This document shows, piece after piece, positions 23,101 through 35,100 of a stretch of 64,000 nucleotides of DNA. The stretch lies in NCBI GenBank assembly GCA_964187785.1, contig OZ076417.1, forward strand, positions 23,126,001 through 23,190,000. The letters are read 5' to 3'. The translations under genes and the position numbers were made by a program. Within the stretch, counting starts at the first letter, position 1; the number at the start of each line of letters is the position of its first letter. The notes beneath the pieces were generated by a model that searched no databases, had not been told where the DNA came from, and saw nothing but the letters and a program-made list of their open reading frames with translations. Source of the stretch: Amphiscolops sp. MND2022 (taxonomy: Eukaryota).

Positions 23101-26100
23101 AGTAACATTCAGATATTTTGTTCGGCAGTGAGTATAAGCGTGAGATTTAAATTTCTCAAGCTGCCGACAATTCGTTTCTCGTGCGATGGAACGAGCGAGT
23201 GGTAATTATGCTTTCATACGCCGAGTTATTGAGATGAAGCGAACGAGCGTTAATTATTCGTTCACCGAGAGCTTCGCCTGCATTCATGTGCGAATGCGAA
23301 GCTTCGTCTACGCTTAGTAGTTGTTTTCTTTAGTCCGAGAAGAATAAAAGGCGGTGTAAACTGGTAGTGATTAATTGTGCGCTATATAAATGATTAAGAT
23401 ATGCTCCTATTATCGAACAATACTGTGCCCCGCAGGGGCTATTTTTGCGAATCAGAATAAAACCGGAAGCGAGATGAAAATTTTTTTAAAAAGGCTTGCA
23501 TGGTATTGTTCTACGTACTGGTTTTATGAAAGTCTTAATAATTGTGTCATGATACAATCATGATACATTTACAAAAATTCGATGACAGAATGTATTTAGC
23601 CAATAAAAGTTGTGGACCAATCAGAGGCTGACAACACTGAGATGGATGACGATACGACGAAGTGGTCAAACACAAGAACAGAAGATAACTTTCTCAATCT
23701 AAAGAACACTCGCTCTAACTGTTGTAAATTATATTACTCAGTTGTAACTTCTCTTCAACTTTTCTTCAACATTAAAACTAATTTCTTCAATAAAACTTTA
23801 TTCACTCTGAGTAAAGGAAAATAACCCAGGCTAAATCTGAAGTATAAAAGCGATACAAAATGTTCTTTATAAAACTCATAGTCCACCGCTCGGACCAACC
23901 TCATGACATGGTGACAGGAGTCTCTTTTCCTGTTCACTCAGCCTTCTTTCTGAACAACTGAAACACAACAACTTCTGATTAAAACATAGCTATGTTCATC
24001 GATTCCAGTTGATAATTCTACAAAATTTTGCCTGAAATTCTCCATAAAATTTTCTTTCTACACACATTCTTCATAATTGTTTCTCTTCACAAAACTTTCA
24101 AATGGCCGCTATTCAACCTTTCGTTAACCTACAGCCTTTTAAATGCACAGAAAAGGAAAACCTCAATGAATTTTTACGACAACTTGAAAGCTGTATTCAA
24201 GTTGCTGCTGTACCTAATGATGACAGACATAGATACCTACACCTTCATCTAAAAGGAGGTGCACTCACATTTTTCGACCAACAAGAAGCAGCAGTTCGAG
24301 ATGACTACGATCAAGCAGTAGCAGCCCTACGTGACAGATATCAAAATGATCAGAGAATTCAGCTTCAAAAGTTGCTTTTCAACTCCCGCAAAATGAAACC
24401 CTCTGAGGAAAGCGCTCAGGATTTTCTTACTGAATTGCAACGATTGGCTTTGGAAGCCTACCCCAACGTTGTAGCAAGAGCCGCCGCAGGAGGACGACCT
24501 GCAGTAGCAGCAGAAGATCGTGCTCAAGAAAGATTACGACGAGTGAGAGAAGCATTCATTAATGGAATGCCTATCAAACTCAAACGTTTCTTAATGACAC
24601 AACCAGACGAAACTCCAATTGAGGAGTTATGCACAAAAGCTTCTAGCAGAATGATTGTAGATCGTCTTTACCGTAAGGAAGATGACGACACCGCCTTCAA
24701 CGAGCTTCAGAATTTCTCCACAAAAGATCTCACAGGAATCCATGAGTTGTCAAAAGCACAAGATGTTCTCAAGCAAGAAACTGGAAAGCTGTCCACCGAA
24801 TTGCAAGAATTGACCAAAACCTTGCAACCGACCATTAACCAGCTCACTACAGCCCAAACTTCCAACAACAATAATAATAATAACAGAAACAATAACAACT
24901 ACAACAAAAACAAGCAGCAAAATTGGAACAAAAATAATGGTCCCCGTGGAAACAACCCTCAGCAATGGAGAAACAACCGGCAGAACTGGAAAAATAACAA
25001 CAACAATCAGCAAAATTGGCGACCGCCAAACCCAAATTGGCAAAATCAGAAACCCAACTGGAATCAGCAACGAAACAATAATACTGCGCAATCTAGTCAG
25101 AAATACTGCAACTACTGCAACAAGTTCGGACACATACTCTCACAATGCTGGTTTCGTCCACAACAACACCAACCTCCAGCCCTACCATACACCCAATACT
25201 CAGCGCCGAACTTCACAGCTCCACAACCCATGATGCAGCCCCAGCAGATGGTACCCATCACTCAAATGCCTCCATATTGGTCACCCCACTATGACGTCAA
25301 TCAACAAGCCTCCAATCCAAAAAACTAAGTAAGCCACACATCGCCCATATTTCTCCTTCTTTATCTACTAATATGACTAACTCTTCATCATTTATAAACA
25401 TCCTTTCCTCAAAGCCTCGCACTTCACTTTTCTCTGTACCACTTAATTTTTCTTTCCCAGTTAAAGCTTTAATCGATACAGGTGCTTTCTCAAGCGTCAT
25501 GCCCATAACCATTTTCCAAAAACTACAACGTCTTTGTCCAAAAGCTATAACAAACTATAATCCAGCAACTAGCTCTGTGAAAGTGGCAAATGGTGACTCT
25601 GTAACCACCTATGGTACTTTTCGAGCTTCTTTTAAAATTGCAGGTGAATCTTTCACTGAAACTTTCATTTTAATGCAAACCATGAACCAGACACTTTTGG
25701 GATTACCATTTTTCGAGAAAAATGATATTTCTATTCACCCGAGAACGAGAACGCTTAAACTACCCAATATGACTTTACAATTGACCGAACGGATACATAA
25801 AGACGGAAAAGTAAGTTCTCTTACTCCGAAGAAAAACCTTTTCTTACACTCTATTCAAAACTATTCGATACAACCGAATACATCCGAAATAATCACTTGT
25901 TCTCTCTCAGCTGAATCCTTCCCTGAAGGAACAGTAGCTATTGTAGAACCGAATCCGCGTTTTGAAAAACAAACAGGACTTTGCGTCACCAGCGCAATTG
26001 TAAAACTGAACGACCAAAAACAAGTTTCCCTCGGGATACTTAATATCTTGCCATACAAAGTAACAGTCACAAAAAATGTTCCTGTTGCAAAAGTAACAAT

Positions 26101-29100
26101 CTTGACAGCCAAGCAAGCTCAATACTTGCACCCTATCGATCCTGAACATCTTTTTGACCATTTAACTAAAAGCATTAATGGTCTCATTGAAGACTCTGAA
26201 ACCAAAGTATACCCATCAACAGATGAGTTTTTGTTTCCTACACCGGAAAATTGCAAAGACCCAGAAAACCTCACAGGAATTCACAAAAGAATTTATGACG
26301 AGATCGTTGCTCTAAAAGCACGAGAAAAGCTAGAACCAGACAAAAATTTAGAAGACCGAAAGAAATTTCTATCACAATTTACATGGGAAAACTGTTTTTA
26401 ACGCTGAACAGATTAACATAGTTGAAACGTTACTTTTAAAATACCACCGAATTTTTGCAAGACATCCCTTAGACATTGGAGCAAATGAAGAATTTAAAGT
26501 GAAACTTACTCCTGAAAATGATAAGCCGATGTATACCCAAGGTCCACCGACCCCGATTCACTACCGCGATGAAGTTCTAGTGGAATTGGCATTTTTGCAA
26601 TATTGGGGAGTAATAACAACCATGACGTACTCTAAGTACTCAAGCCCAATTTTTGCCGTCCGTAAACCCTCGGGTAAATTGCGAATTTTAGTAGACCTTA
26701 GACGAATTAATCATTTAATCAGGCATGATTACGATAATCACAATTTTCCAATAGCAACACTAGCAGATGTAAATGCGCATCTTGCAGGCAAGAAGTATTT
26801 TGCAAAATTGGATTGCAGTCAAGCGTATCATGTCCTACAAATGGCTGACCCATTGTCAGTGCAACTGCTGGCTTTCAATTTTCTTTCAAGGACATTCGCA
26901 TATTTGCGCTTAGCTCAAGGACTAAGCCGCTCAGTTAGCGCCTTTAGTTCCTTCATGCGAAAATACTTATACCCTTGTATAGTTGCCGACCAGTGCTTTC
27001 AATATGTTGATGATCTAGGCACTGCAGGCAAAACTTTTGAAGAATTTATTGTCAACTTAGAAGCCATCTTTCAATGTGTACAAAAGACAGGTCTAAGACT
27101 CACACCCAGTAAATGCGAATTTGGTCTAAAAGAAATGATTTTTGGGAAATACGATTACAAGCGAAGGAATGTCTCCCAACAAAACGAAAGTAACAGATTT
27201 TTTAGCCACTCTGAAACCACCTAAAACCATAAAGCAGATTCGACGATTTATTGGTTTTTTCCAGTATTTTCGTTCATTTATTCCCAAACTTGGTGAAAAA
27301 CTGCTACCATTCTACCAATTGTTACGAAAAGAATCAGACATTGTTTTAACAGAAGAACACCATAAAAGTATCACTACTTTACGAAAAGCATGTCAAATGT
27401 CGCTTCGCCTACCTAAACCAAACGCACAATATGTAATCTTGACTGATGCTAGTTTCTACGCAGCTGGATACGTCCTCTTAATTGAAGACTATTCCATTGA
27501 TCAAACAGGCAAAACTCACAAGACATATGTGCCAGTCTCTTTTGGTTCTAAAATCTTCACCCCAACCTATCTAAAGCTGTCCATTTATGCTAAGGAATTT
27601 TTAGCTGTGCACTTTGCATTTGACACATTTGCACATATCCTATGGGGAAGTTCTAAACCAGTGTTAGTTCTAGCCGATAATAAAAGTCTAACTAGATTTT
27701 TTCAAGCTGAAACAAGTCCGTCAAGCCTTTGGACGTGTGTGGATCACGTTTTGAATTTTAACTTTGTCCTAGGTCACATACCAGGAAAAGCCAATGCAGC
27801 GGCAGATTATCTGTCTAGAATTCATATCCAACCACACACTAAGCTAGAACTCCGCTTCAATTCTAAAATACCTGTAGCTGATGTCCACCTCCATATGGGC
27901 ATGCAGGTCCCTGATAATTCAGTAAATTCTTTTAAATTTGACTGTGAAACCTTCAGTCTTCCGAAAAGTCTCCGTGAATCTTTTCCCGAAATTAACGCCC
28001 TCCATTCTCCGAACCCTTTGGATGACTTGGACCTTTCTGATAAATTAACACCCTTAAACTTGCGTGAGGAACAACAGAAAGATAACACTATTAGATTAGT
28101 GTTATCATGGTTAGAAACAGGACCGCCTTCTGACTTTCCTTATATGAGTACGGAACTTCGAAAGTATCTCAAACACTTTGACCGTTTAGAAAATCACCAT
28201 GGTATTTTATACCGTAAATTTTTTGATGACACTGGCCGAAATTTTATTCGCCAATATGTCGTTCCCCAACATTTGCGAAATGAAGTTCTCTATCGAGTCC
28301 ATAATAGCAAGTATGCAGGCCACCCTGGCATTGCTAAAACAGCAGAACTCTGTCGTAAACATTTCTATTTCCCTGGTTTTGTTGAATTTCTAGCCAATTA
28401 TGTAAAAAATTGTAGCTCTTGTCTACAAATCAAACCCGTTAAACATCAAACGTTGAAAACACCACTTTTGTCCCTTGCGACTGACAAATACTATCCAGGT
28501 GATATGCTTCAAGTAGATCTTGTAGGTAAACTACCCGATTCTGCTGGGTACACACATATCCTCACAGCCAAAGACACTTTTAGTAAATATCTTTTTGCGA
28601 CTCCTCTGCGCAACGCCAGCGCACCGATTGTTGCGAAACAGTTATTTCACATTTTTATGAGATCCGCCTATATACCAAAAGTTGTTCTTTCGGATATGGG
28701 AACAGCGTTTACCTCCCGTGTCATGACTGAACTAAGTCGATTACTTGAAATCAAACTAGAATGTGCCACTGTGAAACACCCACAAACTGTTGGGTCCGTC
28801 GAGCGCTCTCATGCGTCTCTGAAACAGTATCTGGGCATATGTGAGAACAAAATTAAACGTGATTGGCACCAATACGTAGATCTGGCCGTGTTTGTACATA
28901 ATACGGCTTACCATGCTTCAATTGGATGCACTCCAACATTTTTGTTCCATGGCCGACAACCCCATTCACAACTTGATTTACGGTTCGATAATAAACTTTT
29001 GCAAACTCTTGAAACACGCTATGAATTCACGAGTACTCTTCAAGATAAAATGAACGAAGTTTTCTCTCTAGCACGGTATGCTACCATCACTGCTTACAAT

Positions 29101-32100
29101 AAATACAGACATTTCTATGACCGAAAAGCGTCAGCCGCCCCATTGAAAAAGCATTCGTTTTGTTTACTCTTAAATCCAAAACTTTCAAATACCAACGACC
29201 ATATGGGAAAATCGCTCACCAAATGGCTACATCTGTATAGAGTTGAATCTGTACTAACGAACTCAAACTACATCGTTCGAAAGGTAGGAACCAATTACAC
29301 TCAGTGTGTACATCGAATTCGACTTCGTCCCATCACACCACAATACACAGTCGATGATATTTCTAATATCAACCAGTCTAATTTTGTTCCTGACCCCTCT
29401 ACGAGACACGTCTCAGAGCCTGCCCTCTTTGATCAGGCTCTTCCAGACCTTTTAACCGATCGTACGTTCACTACGGCATTCGAAGTTGATGACACGCCAG
29501 CCGTCGTATTTCACTATGTTCCCCGTCGCGTGCCACCGGCGCCACCACCGGCTCCCCCGGCACCTCAGGCTCTCCTGGTACCCCCTCCGGGTCTACCGCA
29601 GCCTTTACATGCCCTACCTCCTCCTGAAGTCCCTCCTAACCGCGACTTCCCACACGTAGAAAATCATGTTGATCTTCCTCCCGTTATTTATCAAGCTCGG
29701 CTTGATACTTCGACTGTACCACTCCACGATCAACACCATCATCCGTTTTTCGTTTCCTCCTCCTCAGGAACACCGTTTTCTTCAATAAACATGCCCCATT
29801 CTTCATTTTTTCCCACCCCAGAAACAACATTTACTTCTGACGATGTTTTTACTGTCGCTCACCCGACTTCTGGTATAGCAACGACTATTACCTCTTCGAC
29901 ACGTCGCCAACCTCTGATGCACTCTACCCCTATTTCAAGTCATGTTTCATCCTCTAACTTTCCTAGTCCTTCTGGATTACCCAATGCACCTATACCAACC
30001 CGGGACTTTGAACAATCAGCTTCGCCCCCTTATCACTCGGAACGTATACCGATATATACCCCCGGTCATGAGAGTTCGCCCTCTTCGTTTTCGGTATTTT
30101 CGGAAACTCTCGTTAATCGAGCACGCGCTATTGCGTCACCACCTCGTAATAACCCTCATTTGAATCCACCACCTCTCTTTGACCTTTGTAATACCCCTTT
30201 TTATCCAAGCCAACCTAACTCGAAACAGGTATATCTTCGCCCACCATTATCACGCATTCCGCGTCCTACTACCCCTACACCTCCAACCTCCCCCCTACGG
30301 CACCCTTTTGATTCTTCTCCTTTCCCACGAGGAACCCCGTCATACCGCCTATCTACTACACCTGTGTTACGTATCACCGATCTTGATGCTTTCATTCGAG
30401 ATCACACTGTACCCACTACTCTTATTCGAAACACTCTTGCTCCTACCACCCCATCCACTATTACGATCACCACCTCAGCTTCCTCTAACCGTCGTGACAC
30501 TCGTTTACGACCCAAACCGAGCCGTACAACCTTTTAGTTCCAAACCATGGAAATAACACCCCTTTTTTACTGTAATTTTTCACACCATTTTTTCCATGAT
30601 TTTGGATAAATTTTCTATTTTTTCCTACCTAACCTTTCTTAATGTACCCTTTGCGCCTTCTACTACCCTCTGCTATCCCTCTAGTTCCTATTTCACCCAC
30701 CTAAAGCCCTGAATTACCCCCTTTTCATTGACATTTTTTGATTAAATTTTCGATTTTTTTTCGAAAATCGCTGTTTTTCGACCATTTTTGACTAGAAATT
30801 GCATCATACTTTTTCCCTATTGACCTGAATGATACCCCATTCTCACTCTGGGATCCCCCACACCCTCTAGGTATAGTTTTCAGGCCCCTTGGTCCCATAC
30901 CAACCCCTTTTACTTAGCAGTTTTTCAGAAAAAATTGACCATTTTTTGACCCCTGAAAAATCTGACCCTCAAAGACCCCTAAAAATCCCATTTTTTGGAA
31001 TTTTGATCCCGGAATAGCGGTGATCCCCTTTTTTACCCCAAACTTTCGATTTAGGCCAAAAAAATCGGAAAAATCGAAAAAAAGTGTAAAAAGTTTTTAT
31101 GGGGGACTTTTTGGCTCTTTAGTCTCTTTTTTTGCCAATTTTATGTATTTTTCTCTTTTTTTCTCAACCGTAATGGCCCCCAAACCTCTCTCCTAGCTTC
31201 CTATGATATTCATTTGCAAAAAGTTACCCCATACCTATCGCTTTCCTAGGAGTTTGACCCACAAAACATGAAAAAAAATCGGTATTTTTTGATTTTTCCT
31301 ATATTTTTCCATAAATAAGCGCATTTTCTTACCTTTGTCTGCATGGAGCTACTTCCACAGGCTTCCTGCTCTTCCTCCTCTTCCCAGGGATCCACAACAG
31401 GCCCTCGCACCCTCACTGACGTCAGCAATCTAATAAAAATACCCCTCTTTCTATAGAATCACCCTAAAAGCCTTACTGACTCTATGTAATAATTTATATT
31501 ACTCACTCTGGCTCAGGAAAATCGGGTAATGGTTCGCAATGGAAGCGAGTCCGAAACCTCTCGCCTCCCTGGATGGCTTGGCACAAGAAGCTGCCACCTC
31601 GCCCATTGCTTGCTGGTCCGTATTTGTAACGGATCCATCCGCCCATATTCCAGTACTGCCAGTACACAATGAGGTCTGTTTGCAGTACCCAGGCAGTTGC
31701 TAAGATCTGAAATATTTTTTTTGCCTTCACATAACCTCTCATCCTTACAATGGAAATACACATATGATAAGGCCACCATCTGACCCTTACCGCCGCCTCG
31801 GAAATGCTGGCCGTCACTTTTGCACACTCCTGTGCCAAGAAATCGTTGGGCGCGGTCCCAAGACATGAACGGCAGTACTCCTTAAATTCGGCAGTCTGCA
31901 TCGCCTCTGTAGCTGCCACGCGCAGCCCCTTGCACTTCCTACTTGGTGCACTGTTCTTCCGTTCTATATATAACGAACTTTTCGCTCACAGTTTTTTTAA
32001 TGCTTCACAATTTTTTTTAAATCCTCTTACCTGATTTCCTTCCAACCATCAAATAGTATATACTGGAGAAGAAACACTCGCCTCCGACTTCTGCCAGCTC

Positions 32101-35100
32101 GCCCAATGGCTCCTTCCTCTTCGGACAGTCCAATACCACTGCCGTGCTATTGGTCTTTTTCCCACTGATGGGTTCCCAGATACACGTATAACCGAACTTT
32201 TCACAAAGCTCGACTCTCCGTTTCAGTGGTACAGGCATATACAATTGTGACCGCTTTCCCTCCTCACTGTCGAAGTAGCAAGTTTGGCAATCATGCAAGA
32301 ACCTGTCAACACTCCTACCTGTATACTCTGTGTTTTCTTTGCATTCCTATTTCTTTTTGCATATTGCACACTATATTTTACAAGAAAGACAACGCATATT
32401 GTACATATATATTAAAAAATGTCCAAAGTAACTTCCTCTTCTTCTGCTAGCGCCTTCAGGCCTCCCAGTGATGCTGGATACGCCCACCCGGCTCCAGACA
32501 AGGCGTCGATGTGAAGCTGTACCCCCCGGTAGTGCTTCTTTCCGACATCGCTCTCTCCTTCTTTCCACTTTTTTACGTGAACTTTGTATAGGAGATTGTC
32601 CACTTGTTCTGGCGTTGGAACTGGCAAGAACTCGTTTCTTCTCCCCTTATACATAAGCACACCCTTCTCCACCTTCAGACTGCGACACACCTTCTTAAAA
32701 TTCTCCCTCTTCTCTGACGTCTTCAATACTGATGTATCGAGCACTCCATCATTCAAGTACTTCACGATAGCTTCGTGCAAAAATCTCTCCATTATGACGA
32801 TCTGAAATACAAACCACCGATTTCGTTAGACCACAACCAAAATATGTTCTTTTTACTGCTACTTTCTTCTCACTACTTGCTAACTCAAACAAAAGACTTT
32901 GCAGCCAAACTTTTACTCTTTTCACTACTACTTCTTTTTTTCTCTTTTCCTTTCCGTTTCCATTTTTTTCTTTCTTTCCTTTTTTTACTGGCCATACTAC
33001 GTACTATGCGTACTTTAGCACTCTATATACATATATATACCAATACTACACATAGTTTCACAGTTTAGACGACAGTTTTTATTTTCTTCTTCTTTTCTCA
33101 CTGTAATTTTTTTCTCTTTGTCTTCTAACTTCTGTTGTCAGTTTTTCTTTTTTTTCTTTCTTCCTTTTTGGTAACTATACAACTACTGTTTGGCACCGTT
33201 TTTTTTCTTCTTTTTCTTCTCTTTTTCTTTTGACATCTTAGTTTCTCTTCTTCTTCATTTTCCTTTCTTTTTGTTTTCGTTCAAATTCTTTTTTCGCTCG
33301 GAAGCCAACTGACTTCTTTTTCTTTTCTTTTTTGACAGTTCTTTTTTCTCCTCGCCTTTCTCTTTCTTCTTCTCTCTTTTTTATTTTTTGTTGCTTACGG
33401 CAGGCCCGGCACCACAAACACACAAACAGGGTGATGAGTACTGACAACGTCAGACTCACCCACAGACCGATAGAACTTTCCCCTGTGTCCTCTGTCATTG
33501 TGGCCGATGGCAGGGCACACTCGGGACGGGGATCCCTGCTGAATGAGAGGAGGCGCCCCCCTCGTTCAGCATATGTCCCCTCGGGACAACCCCAGAGGAC
33601 GAAATCCTCAAAATTAGCCTTTGGGCAATTCATTTTGACAGACTCTGAAGAACTCGAATACACATGTTAAACACACTTACGTTTGAAGTTAGTAGTAGAT
33701 AAACGACTTTTGATGATACTCAACAAGACTGCAACAATGAGACTCAAACAAGACAACTACTTTTTAAACGAATAATTCACAAACTCAAATACGAAACTTG
33801 GTCTCATTTCTTGAAGATTCGACAAAACTTCTCAAACATCCGGTTTAAATAGCAAACTACGCATTTGTTCATCCTTATATCGTACGATTTCCATTTTTGA
33901 TCGATCATTCGACTTCTGAATCTTTCTTGTGATCACACCACCTACTCGAACAAAAGAATTTCAACTTTGATATTTTCTTTTCACAAACTTGCACTTTCAA
34001 TTCGAAATATCACATTGTTATAAACCAAATTTCTCCACATACCAATAATTCTAAAGATCATCGTCCCATCGCGTTTTGCCCTGAACCATCTCGCAGAATG
34101 TTTGGAATTTGCATATCCTTTTTGTTTCTCTTCCTTCCATATTTGGGCATTACTCAATCGCCGATTGCTGCTTTCGACGATTCTGATGGTCCTTTGAAAA
34201 AAGGCATCATCTTTCATGAGAACAAAAAAATATTGCTCGCTGAAAAGTTTATTAATGTGGAATTTCTCCTTCCCTTCCCTCAGTTCGCCGTCTCCATCGA
34301 ACTTAGCCATGTAACTCCTTTTACATCCACTATAATAATAGGCATAGCAAGTTTTATAATATCGATGTTGTTACATTTGTTATTCATGTACATTTTTCAT
34401 CCTTGTAACAATTTACATAAATTCATGCCATTTAAACACACTTATAAAGATAAAGATGAAATGCAACATAAAGTAAAACTGAAACCCGTGCTATCTGTCC
34501 CTAAACAGCACCTGAATGTCATACAAAATGACCCCAACTTCCGTTGGCAGGGTCGTTGCCTTCTTACAGAACACCCAAATGATACACATGATGATCAACG
34601 ATACACAACCCTCCCCCTCTGATTTATCAAGGCGTTCTCTGATAGCGCCATTTCGCCCGTCCTTTTGGACTTTCGAGTGCTGTGTGTTTTTTTTTCAGTA
34701 CATTTTTATTGTACTTTCATGTTACTCTGTTCGTAACTTACCGCTCCACTCAAACAGTCTCTGACTGCTTCACAGTCAGATTCTAACATCAATCTTTTTT
34801 TTCAAAACATTCTGTGCTCTGTTACTCTGATATTGTAACCCCTTCCTTTTGGTGTCTTCTCAGCAGTTCTGTTTTTCATTAATATATACCCGCTTCTTTA
34901 ATAATTTCTGATCACAGTGCGATATTCTTCTCACTGACCTTTGGACGATCTTTTGTCCGCTTGTATCTTCGTTGTATATTTCATTGTCTTTTGCTCTTGA
35001 GTCATTGCTTCATATTTGACTCTGGCCCCCTCTTACTGCTTACTCTGTAATCCACATCCGCTATCCATGTATTTATTTTCTTGAGACATTGTACACTTTC

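Noticed and set aside
23612-23824. Identical 70-aa ORFs at 23612 and 35764
   Set aside because: They are the two LTR copies, start at a non-ATG codon and show no protein features.
24750-25133. Hydrophobic minus-strand ORFs opposite gag
   Set aside because: They are the antisense shadow of the (AAC)n Asn/Gln-rich gag linker.
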